This document shows, piece after piece, positions 19,354-27,908 of a stretch of 64,000 nt of DNA. The first letter of the stretch is position 1, and each line of letters starts with the position of its first letter. The stretch covers positions 5,376,001-5,440,000 of the forward strand of contig OZ250169.1 of NCBI GenBank assembly GCA_965237955.1. The letters are read 5' to 3'. This stretch comes from Candidatus Marinacidobacterales bacterium (lineage in GTDB: Bacteria > Acidobacteriota > Vicinamibacteria > Marinacidobacterales > SMYC01). The notes under the pieces were generated by a model, which saw only the letters and a list, made by a program, of their open reading frames with translations, was not told the origin of the DNA and did no database searches. The position numbers and the translations under genes are program-made.

Positions 19354-20579
19354 ATGACGCGCGGAGGCCCGCCTGAGCCTTCGAAAACTCTGGGTCCTCC
19401 TCCTCAACGCGTTTCTCGACATGCTCGGCTACGCGATGGTGTTCCCGTTGCTGCCGATCTACGCGGTTCGCATGGACGCGGACGCGACGGTCATCGGTCT
19501 CATCGTGGCGTCGTTCTCGGTGGCGCAGGTGGCGGCAGCGCCGCTCTGGGGGAGTTTCGGATCGGTTCGGACGCCGGCCGGCGCTTCTCGTGAGCCTCGT
19601 GGGCTCGGCGGTGGCGTTCACGATTTTCGCCTTCGCCGACACGATTGGGTTGCTCTTCTTGTCTCGGATCGTCCAGGGAGCCGCTGGCGGAACGACCGCC
19701 GTGATGCAGGCTTACGTGGGCGACTCGGTCGCTCCCGAGGAGCGCGCGAAAGCGCTCGGATGGCTCTCCGCCGCCACGAGCACCGGCGTCATGATCGGTC
19801 CCGCGGTGGGCTCGGCCATGTGGGTCTTCTGCTCCGAGGTGCCCGGACTTCTGGCCGCGAGCCTTTGTCTCCTGAACCTCGTGTTCGCGTGGCACTTGCT
19901 ACCCGAATCGCGTCGCGAGGAGATGGGCGACAAGAAAGCCAAGAGATCGATCCGCAGCATGTTCTGGGAAACCGTACGCCACCCCGGGCGGGAGATGTCG
20001 GAGCTGATTTGGATCTACGCGGTCGCGATGACCGCGTTCAGCTCGATGACGGCCATCCTTGCGATCTTCCTGATGGCTCGGTTCGCGATCGACGAGTCGA
20101 ACATTGGCTACATCTTTCCGCTCATGGGCGCCGTGTCGATCGTCATGCGGGCCGGTGTCTTGGGGAAGCTCGTGAGCCGGTTCGGGGAAGTGAAGTTGAT
20201 GCGCATGGGTGTGGTGCTGATGGCGCTAGGCCTTCTGGCGTTTCCCGTGCCGACGAACCTCGCGGTGTTTCTTGTGGTGATGCTGCTGATGCCGATCGGG
20301 ACAGCTCTACTGTTTCCCGCGACGAGTGCGCTCCTCAGTTAACGATGCGATCCGAAACAGCTCGGCCAAGTCAGGGGCGTTCAACAAGCCTTCGGTGGTA
20401 TCGCGAGGATCCTCGGACCCATCTGGGCGGGCGCGTCGTTCGAACGATACGGCGCGGGCGTTCCGTTTCAAGTGGCGGGCGCCGTCGTGTTCTTCGTCGC
20501 GCTCCTCACGACGCGCGTCCGACCCCAGCCGGAGCGCGCGAAGTTGGTCGAATCCTGCCCACGAGTCGATAGCCTTTGA
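19354..20579 (+). pseudogene. TetA/DHA1-like MFS transporter, disrupted
   Basis: LDMLGYAMVFPLLP...APLWG, frameshift near 19555, then SDRFGRRP motif A. In-frame TAA at 20340 is followed by GQVRGVQQAFGGIARILGP. Confidence 0.85.
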
Positions 20580-20635
20580 GCCTTGATGTTGACGACCAAG
20601 TTCCATCGTTTCCTGACGAGCCGTCACCCGCAACA

Positions 20636-20930
20636 TCATCGGGCCGGCTTCAACACCTGCTCGACGTCGACCAGAAGAACGCCCAGCTTCTTCGCTTCTT
20701 TCGTCAGCTCTGTGGTGAAGCCGGCACGTGAAAAGATTGCAAGGTCGACCTTGCGCGCGGGCCGTTTCAAATCCGCCTGAACGGCAGTCGTTTTGGCGGT
20801 CAACTTACCGAGTACGTCAAGGCCAGCCGGTTTCACCGTCCATTCGCATTCACCCAACAAGAGAGCACCCTCGTCGGCCGGGGCGACGACATCGACTTCG
20901 TTCTCGTGACGCCACCAGCTCCCAATAGGG
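20636..20930 (-). pseudogene. C-terminal DUF234-like (PD-D/ExK) fragment of an AAA-ATPase/DUF234 protein
   Basis: IGSWW..EVDVVA...LLGECEW...FSRAGF; 5' part absent, next to the ISAzo13 end. Confidence 0.7.
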
Positions 20931-20960
20931 GTAGCGGCTCCATCTGTGCGTAAATTTACT

Positions 20961-22894
20961 CTAAGGGCCGGCGACAAAATAAGTTCCCGTTTTCAAGACG
21001 GTCGGATGGTGTAGTTCCATTTGGGTAGAGTCTGGTCCTTTGTAACGGAAAGCGCCTGCATCCGCTCGTCAGTGATTTTGACGCCCTTCGGATAACGACG
21101 CCGGATAAGGTGTGCGCGTACTCGCAAACCGGAAGAGGTGGTGGTCGTGCGGATGTATTTGAGGATGGTTTCGTAGCTGTCGAGAGGCCTGCCCGCCCAG
21201 TTCTTGCTGATCTCGCTGAACAGACGGTGCTCCACTGGATTCCACTTGGATGTACCGGACGGATAGTGGGCTATGGTGATAGCGATGTCGTGGCGATTGC
21301 AAATCCGCGTTTGAAGCCCGTGCTTCCAACCCCGACACCGATAGCCATTGCTGCCCCCGGCGTCTGCCAATATCGCGAGGTCACGGGCTGCAGGATAGCG
21401 TCGCCGTCCTTCCGTTCGCCACCACTTCTCGATGGCATTCACGGCGAAGTCCGGGGTGTTGTACGAGGTACCAATGAACACTGTCCCGCGGTTCGCGAGC
21501 AGATCGTAGGCGCCGTAGGGGATTGCGATGCCGTTCGATTCGGAACGGAAGTCATGGTCTTTGACGAGAGTCGGCTCGCGGTTCCAGGCCTGCCCGCCGT
21601 TTTTGAATAATCCCACCAGCTCCCGTTTCTTCGTGTCTACGCTGATGATGGGATGACCAGCTGCGGCAAAACGCTCGCGCAGTTCGGCGATACACGCGAA
21701 TTGGGTATCGCGATCTTCGGACGTGGCACCGCACAGCTTCTTGTGGTTCACCCGCAACGAGAAGCCGAGCTGTTTGAGCAGTCGACCGACGGTTTTGCTG
21801 CTGACGTTCACACTGAGGCTTCTTAGCTCGCAAGCAATCTTGTCGGTGGTCCGCCGCGTCCATTTCACTCCCGTCATCGGATCGCCCGCGGTGTCGTGCT
21901 TCATGAGTTCTTCGATCTTGGCGATGACTTCTGGCGTTTTTTTTGCACGGCGCGCCGTCCGCCACCCTTTCGCCGAACTCCGTCGAGCTCAACATCTCTC
22001 ATTAGCAATTCCCTACGACCTCTGGCTACCGTGCTCGGATCCATCCCGAGCAGTTCGGCAATCTGTTGGTCGCCACCGTGACCGAGCTTCATGGCCTCGA
22101 CTCCCGCGTAGAGACGGCGCTGCTTTTCATCGAGCAGGCTGTAGAAAAGAACGATCGCAGCCTTCAACTCCACGGGGAGCACGCGGACTCCCCCGACCCA
22201 GCCCAACGTGGAAGGTGACGCCTCATGTACCTGGCGGGCCGAGAGCTGTTGCTTGCGCGTGCTCACATCGGTGGCCAGATACAGATATCGGCCGAACACC
22301 TGCTCGCGCGCCAATCTTTTCTCTCGGACCAGTTTCAACAGAGGAGCCTTGACGTCAACCTGCACCACGTCCTCGAGCTCGTCGACGTAGTAGCCTGCCT
22401 CACAGGCCGCGACCAACGCTTTTACCGTCGCAAGCAACGTCCCGTACTTCGAGAACCACACTGAGCGCAACGACCAAAGACCTTTTCGATCGAACTGGGC
22501 GATCTCGTCCAACGTGTAGTAGCTACCACGGTGGGAGTAGCTTGTCCGATACGCCAACTCATTGAGCTTTCGGAAGACGGTCGAGTCCACATCGGTACCC
22601 AACACTGCCTTCAAATCATCGAGGGTAGCTATTTTGTGCTTCCTCAACAGGCGGTCGAGATCTTCAGACTGATAGCTCGTAGGTCTCATAACAGGAGAAG
22701 TGCTCCTTGATAGGCGTAATCCTCCCTAAAATGAGGACCGTTTGTCAAACACGCGCTGGTTGCTGAAGATCTACAAATGTTCCGTTTCTAGGGAGCTTGC
22801 CAGGCTCTCGTGATGCCAGACGACATCGCGATCACGACCTGAAACAGGAAGAGTGTGCTCAAAACTAGACAGTTATTTTGTCGGCGGCCCTTAG
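20961..22894 (-). mobile_element. ISAzo13-family insertion sequence
   Basis: Terminal IRs CTAAGGGCCGGCGACAAAATAAGT (20961) and revcomp CTAAGGGCCGCCGACAAAATAACT (22894). Confidence 0.88.
20993..22689 (-). CDS. ISAzo13 transposase in two ORFs joined by a -1 shift at an A8 run (~21940)
   Basis: ORF1 ends RRKGGGRRAVQKK. The -1 frame continues KKTPEVIAKIEELMKHDTAGDP...ISVDTKKRE...DAGGSN...SKWNPVEHRLFS. Confidence 0.85.
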
Positions 22895-22931
22895 GCATGC
22901 GAGCAACGTGCGTGCTTCTTGATGGCCGCGG

Positions 22932-22958
22932 GTGGGCCAGGCCGGGTGGACAAACACA
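22932..22958 (+). mobile_element. Orphan IS21-family terminal repeat
   Basis: GTGGGCCAGGCCGGGTGGACAAACACA matches the IS21 end at 63691-63717 with one mismatch. Confidence 0.65.
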
Positions 22959-23133
22959 CGCGATACCCGCCCCACCTCTCGCCGGTAACTCGCCTCCGGG
23001 GGACCGTACCTTCATGAATTTTTAAAAAATGTCGACCTCTATTTGTGTGCGTCGGAAATCTGGGACGCGGCGGCGATGAAGGGCACGGCATTCGGGACAT
23101 CTTGATGGCCCACGATCAAGCCTCCGTTAAGCC

Positions 23134-23245
23134 GCCCAACGCCCCGGTATCGAACGCGAGGCCCTCGAGCAGCGCGAACCCGCGATACAGAAGCTCCGCG
23201 ACTTTTGGGGCGTGCTCCTCGGTTCGTGCGGTCCATCGCTTATGA
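23134..23245 (-). other. Degenerate integron attC site (candidate)
   Basis: Minus strand: TCATAAG...CGAACCGAGG...CCTCG(C)GTTCG...GTTGGGC, then a GGAGG RBS and a GTG. R'' is imperfect. Confidence 0.4.
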
Positions 23246-23778
23246 TGCCGGGAGGGAAGGAGTCACCTTTGTCTGAGCGGATTCCCTATCATCCGGTGAT
23301 CCTGGACGGCTGGCTGGTCCTCTACTCGACCGAAGGCGAGGGCCTGCAGGCTCGGTGGACGTTTACCGGTATGGAAGAGAACTGGCTGCCGCTCCTCGAC
23401 GAGATGGACACGCGGACCGACAGGGCTGCCCAGTGGTGGCACCAATTCCACGCGGCGGACTTTCCTGCCGAGGGAATCCAGGTCTCCGTGAAGGAAGTGC
23501 GAGAGCACCTCGCAGCCCTCCACGCTGCGTGCGCCCCTCACTTGGCGAAGAAAAAGCCTCTTCAGAGTCAGTACGAGAGCCTCGTCGAGCTCTGCGATCG
23601 GACGAGCGGGAGGATCCGCATCGAGCGCTACGTTGATCCGTACAAGGGCGCCCCGTCCATCGCACCGGGTTTGCGCTTCCGTTGCGAGGGCAGCGGCAGC
23701 CTCAAGCTCTTGCGCCACGATTTCGACTGGCCACCGCCCATGACACCGGAAGAAGTGCGATCTCTCTCCCGATACTGA
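23242..23778 (+). CDS. Hypothetical protein
   Basis: Open frame with protein-like composition and GC-rich third positions; no motif recognised; start uncertain. Confidence 0.5.
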   Translation: MMPGGKESPLSERIPYHPVILDGWLVLYSTEGEGLQARWTFTGMEENWLPLLDEMDTRTDRAAQWWHQFHAADFPAEGIQVSVKEVREHLAALHAACAPHLAKKKPLQSQYESLVELCDRTSGRIRIERYVDPYKGAPSIAPGLRFRCEGSGSLKLLRHDFDWPPPMTPEEVRSLSRY

Positions 23779-23784
23779 TGGGGA

Positions 23785-24006
23785 ATGTTGATCGCCACTT
23801 TCCTCTCCCTCGCATTGCCACCTGTGGTGGTGAAACATTTCGGGCCGATCGGCGGCATTGTGGCCGCCGTCGCGGCGATCGTTGTCTGGTTCTCAATCTA
23901 CCCGCCCAGCATCGCGGGACAAACCCACGGACTGCTTGCAATGGCTGTGTTCCTCGGCAATGCCGCCACCATCCTGGTGTGTCTCTTGTTCATCGTGCAG
24001 CCGTAG
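23785..24006 (+). CDS. Small hydrophobic (about 3 TM) protein or gene fragment
   Basis: 73 aa, almost entirely hydrophobic helices. Confidence 0.4.
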   Translation: MLIATFLSLALPPVVVKHFGPIGGIVAAVAAIVVWFSIYPPSIAGQTHGLLAMAVFLGNAATILVCLLFIVQP

Positions 24007-24049
24007 GGCCGGCTGTGCCGGCCCCGCTCTCTTGACCCCCAGCGTTGCT

Positions 24050-24268
24050 GGGGAGCATAAAAATCCGGGGGCAGACGGACGGTATCGAGTCTAGAATCTC
24101 ACGAGAGGTCCTTGATCCACGCTTCGATTGGGGAGTTTTTGGGCTGACCAGCAGTTCTTCTACGGTGCTTCGCGCGGGCTGACCTGTCAGTAATCCGTTG
24201 TTGGCAGCCAGCTTCTAGCCGCTGCGGTCTGGGAGCAAGAAGTTTGCCCCCACATTTTTATGCTCGCC
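24050..24268. mobile_element. MITE-like element (~219 bp)
   Basis: Imperfect 27-bp terminal IRs GGGGAGCATAAAAATCCGGGGGCAGAC / revcomp GGCGAGCATAAAAATGTGGGGGCAAAC; non-coding interior. Confidence 0.6.
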
Positions 24269-24313
24269 TACTGGCAGGCGTTCTTCCATGCTCATGAGTG
24301 ACCTTGCCACGGC

Positions 24314-24428
24314 GTATAACCGACCACTGGAGCAGACGGCCCGGCGGGCCGCTGCTTGGCCAGAACGAAAAAAGCTAGAATGCTTCGGACTCACGTCGTC
24401 GGGCCGCAGCTCAGCGGCGACGTTATAC
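24314..24428 (-). other. Integron attC site
   Basis: Minus strand: GTATAAC gtcgcc GCTGAGCTGCGGCCC ... GGGCCGTCTGCTCCAGT ggtcg GTTATAC; R''/R' boxes and a paired L region with bulges. Confidence 0.8.
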
Positions 24429-24491
24429 CGGACACGTCTGGCAGTCTTGCTTAGACGCCTTATATCGATAGCGCATCGTGCCATGGCTTTC

Positions 24492-25936
24492 GGAGATGCC
24501 CCTGAGATAGTTGAAGGTTAGGAGTGGCGGCTCCTAAGGCCGGGTTCGATAGAATCCGGCTGTGAAGGAAAAAGAAAGGAGCCACCACGATGGTCAAATT
24601 ACCAAATCATCGATGCGAAGAACAGGAAGAAGCTTCGAGAGATACTGAGCTCGAAGGGGCAAGCTCTGTTGCCGTTCTTGGATGCGATTGAGCGAACCGA
24701 GATAGCGATCGACGAAGTGATCGACGTTGCTGGCCGAGCGACGATCGAAGCGGTCTTGGATCTGTCAGCCCAAAGTGTGGCTGGGGAGAAACACCCGGGG
24801 AAGAAGGGTAGCGATGTTCGCTGGCACGGCCGGCAGGGTGGCGTAGTAAGCCTTGCGGAGCGGAAGTTGAGAGTGAGCCGGCCACGTCTGCGGCGTAAGG
24901 GAAAGGCAGAGGGAGGGGAGGTTGCGATTCCTGCCTACGAAGCGGTGAACAACTCGTCTCGGCTGAGCCAACGCATCTGGGAAATCCTGATGCTGGGTGT
25001 GTCGACGCGCAAGTACGCGTCGGTTCTTCCCGAGATGGCGGAGACGGTAGGGGTTAGCAAGAGCGAGGTGAGCCGTGAGTTCGTGGAAGCAAGCGCGGAG
25101 CAGTTGCAGGGGCTGATGGAGCGTCCGCTGGACGAGCTGGAGATCGCGGTCGTGTACCTGGACGGGATTCGCTTCGGCGAGCACCACGCGCTGGCGGCAA
25201 TCGGCGTAGATACAGAGGGATACAAGCATGTTCTGGGGCTTCGGGATGGAGCATCGGAGAACCAGATAGTGTGCAAGGCGCTGCTGGAGGACCTGGTCGA
25301 ACGAGGCCTGAGCCCAGAGCGGTGTCGGCTGTTCGTGATCGATGGCTCCAAGGCGCTACGGGTCGCCGTCGACGCTGTGTTCGGTACCCACAACAAGGTC
25401 CAGCGTTGCAGGAAGCACAAGGAGCGCAATGTGCTCGGTTATCTGCCGCAGGAGCTGAAGCCGCAAGTGCAAGCGAGCCTGCGTTCGGCCTGGCAGCTCC
25501 CAGCAAAGAAGGGCAAAGCGCGGTTGGAGCAACAGGCGAAGTGGCTCGAGGACGACTACCCCTCGGCGGCGGAGAGCATCCGGGAGGGGCTCGACGAGAT
25601 GTTCACCATCAACGAGCTCGACCTCCCCGCATCTCTGAAACGCTGCCTTGGATCGACGAACATCATCGAGTCGTGCTTCAGCGGTGCGCGAGGTCGTACC
25701 CGTCGCGTCACCCGCTGGCGCAATGGCAAGATGGTTCTGAGATGGGCCGCTTCGGCTCTGCTCGCCACGGAGAAAAATTTCCGTCGTATCATTGGATACC
25801 AATCGCTACCGATCCTCGAAGCGAAGTTAGCGGAGGTCACTGAGAATCAAGCGCTCGACAAGCACGCCAAAGTCGGGTAAACCATGTGTCAGGAGCCGCC
25901 ACCACCTCGAACCTTCAACTATGGTGGGGCACCTCC
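24492..25936 (+). mobile_element. IS256-family element (type 1), full length
   Basis: ~44-bp imperfect IRs (GGAGATGCCCCTGAGATAGTTGAAGGTT... / ...AACCTTCAACTATGGTGGGGCACCTCC); no TSD visible. Confidence 0.88.
24669..25880 (+). CDS. IS256 (mutator) transposase
   Basis: GVSTR, YLDG, VIDG, QRC..HK.RN, STNIIES. The natural ATG at 24590 appears one base out of frame. Confidence 0.9.
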   Translation: MPFLDAIERTEIAIDEVIDVAGRATIEAVLDLSAQSVAGEKHPGKKGSDVRWHGRQGGVVSLAERKLRVSRPRLRRKGKAEGGEVAIPAYEAVNNSSRLSQRIWEILMLGVSTRKYASVLPEMAETVGVSKSEVSREFVEASAEQLQGLMERPLDELEIAVVYLDGIRFGEHHALAAIGVDTEGYKHVLGLRDGASENQIVCKALLEDLVERGLSPERCRLFVIDGSKALRVAVDAVFGTHNKVQRCRKHKERNVLGYLPQELKPQVQASLRSAWQLPAKKGKARLEQQAKWLEDDYPSAAESIREGLDEMFTINELDLPASLKRCLGSTNIIESCFSGARGRTRRVTRWRNGKMVLRWAASALLATEKNFRRIIGYQSLPILEAKLAEVTENQALDKHAKVG

Positions 25937-26233
25937 CCTGCGGGCATCGCGCTCATGCAGATCAAGACTGCAACCAGCGAGGAGCCTAAGTGTAGAGAAG
26001 AGATTTCGCAAGGAGGTATCATTGGATACCAATCGCTACCGATCCTCGAAGCGAAGTTAGCGGAGGTCACTGAGAATCAAGCGCTCGACAAGCACGCCAA
26101 AGTCGGGTAAACCATGTGTCAGGAGCCGCCACCACCTCGAACCTTCAACTATGGTGGGGCACCTCCCCTGCGGGCATCGCGCTCATGCAGATCAAGACTG
26201 CAACCAGCGAGGAGCCTAAGTGTAGAGAAGAGA
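25786..26233 (+). repeat. 218-bp direct duplication spanning the IS256 right end and its flank
   Basis: 25786-26003 is repeated at 26016-26233, separated by 12 bp (TTTCGCAAGGAG). Confidence 0.9.
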
Positions 26234-26307
26234 CAATGTGGACTCACGCGTCTCCGACCCGACAATTCCCCATTGCGCCTCTACAATGTTTTGGAACTCC
26301 CGGCCTG

Positions 26308-26431
26308 CTAGTCCACTGGATCTTTGATTACTATACAAAGTTAGGCTTTTCGCCAGCCCATAAGATTCATGCACTTAGAATGGTTTCGGCAAGCTCTGCT
26401 TTATCTAGTTTGTTCTGATACAGGGGACTAG
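26308..26431. mobile_element. 124-bp MITE with IS630-type ends
   Basis: Ends CTAGTCCACTGGATCTTTGATTACT and revcomp CTAGTCCCCTGTATCAGAACAAACTAGA resemble the two ends of the IS630 at 47618-48806. Confidence 0.8.
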
Positions 26432-26571
26432 GGTTTCATCACTTAATTGTAAGCCAGATGATCTGGCGTCGGTCGGAGCCTGGGTAACGAGTGACCCGCA
26501 CTGACCAGCCAGGATGGGGCGGAACAGTCCTCGCTTTCGTCCGACATAGATGACAATGGCAAGGCAGAGCT

Positions 26572-26649
26572 GTATAACTTCAGCTGGAGCCGACGGCCGG
26601 CACGTACGGTCTTCAACGAAGCCGCCCGCAGCTCAGCAGCTCGTTATTT
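26572..26649 (-). other. Integron attC site
   Basis: Minus strand: AAATAAC gagct GCTGAGCTGCGGGC ... GGCCGTCGGCTCCAGC tgaa GTTATAC, 37 nt after the stop of the upstream gene. Confidence 0.8.
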
Positions 26650-26686
26650 GGATGCTGTCCCTGTCAGGTGCGGTCAGGCGAGCGAA

Positions 26687-27184
26687 TTATTTCCGCTGGG
26701 TCGGCAAAGTCAGGCGATCGCCGACGGGTAGCTGGGACCATTCAGAACGACGCAGGCTGCGACGCTCGAGCTCTTCGTAGTCACTGGCGAGTAGCTCTTC
26801 GGGATCCCGATCAAAGGTGTTGCGGTGTCCTCGACCCCGGCGGAAGGCCCGAACGGTGCGGACGGGGCAAAAGATCAGGCCGAGGCTCATGAAGATGATG
26901 CGGTCGATCCAGTACAGAACATACCAGCCGCAGCCTCCGCTACTCAGCTCCCAGGCGGCAATCTCCAGCTCTCCTCGCCAATCCGTTTCGTACCCGCTGA
27001 GGACATGGTGAATGTCGTGAAGCATCAGCGACTTTTTGAAGCCGTAGATGGGAAGCACGGGGACGAGATGCCCCCACAAGTGCACTTTGATCCAGTTGCC
27101 CCGATAGAGCTCGTTGCGAGGTGTATCCGGCTTCACGAACCCACGCTCGACTAAATACGCCCGCAAAGCTTCTTCTGTCGTCAT
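26687..27184 (-). CDS. Gene-cassette ORF; HDxxH...GE motif protein (Coq4-like metal-binding motif)
   Basis: LHDIHHVLSGYETDWRGELEIAAWEL; short leader containing AGGAG; followed by attC. Confidence 0.7.
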   Translation of the reverse strand: MTTEEALRAYLVERGFVKPDTPRNELYRGNWIKVHLWGHLVPVLPIYGFKKSLMLHDIHHVLSGYETDWRGELEIAAWELSSGGCGWYVLYWIDRIIFMSLGLIFCPVRTVRAFRRGRGHRNTFDRDPEELLASDYEELERRSLRRSEWSQLPVGDRLTLPTQRK

Positions 27185-27220
27185 CGATCCGTCGTCCACT
27201 CCTGCCAAATGGCTAGCTAT

Positions 27221-27615
27221 CTATCGCTGCCCCTTTGCTGATTCGATCTGTTCTTCTTGCAGCCCTTGTGAATGAGCTGCGAAGATGATTCGACCATCGC
27301 GATCGATGAGGAATGTACGCGGGATCGAGCTGATCCCGTGGGGCTTTGCGACGATCCCGTCCCAATTTCCTTCCCCAAACAGGACACAGAAGTTGTACTC
27401 GCCCTCGTCGAGATAGCTCAGAACTTCGGGAATCTTCCCCTCGATGTTGGTCCCGAAGAGCTGACGCTCCCTCACCACCCGTCTGGGCTCATCGACGTGG
27501 GACGAGCGGGCCGGGCCGCGGGTGACTTCTGCTTCCGTGATCACACGGACCCTGGTGCCGACGCGGCGACGGCCGGCACGACGACGAGTAGCACACTTGT
27601 CGTGAACCGAAACAC
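27221..27615 (-). pseudogene. TlpA/thioredoxin-like protein remnant
   Basis: Signal-like start MFRFTTSVLLVVVPAVAA, then a stop; C-terminal GISSIPRTFLIDRDGRI; CXXC region missing. Confidence 0.6.
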
Positions 27616-27908
27616 TCTAAACTCCAGTTTGTGGGGGTCACTGTCATTGTAACAGGGAGTCGTCGCGAGCGCGGACGTAGCTACTAGGACCCGATCCGCC
27701 CTCTCGGAAGCTCCCTCTCACTTCCCGGCATCCACCGGTTATAGAGAGGGTCTTTGCCCTGCGGCCGCCGCCGAGAGGTTCCCCGCTTTGGACCGACGCT
27801 CCTTCCACACGTGCCACCACCCGTACGTCGACCGGTTGGACCATCGTCTTTACAGGCTGCGACCATTGCCACCTTACAGGGGTAGCAAGGAGCTCGATCA
27901 CTCGCCGG

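Noticed and set aside
25786-26233. CRISPR array
   Set aside because: Only two long copies derived from an IS end; no repeat-spacer periodicity and no cas genes in the window.
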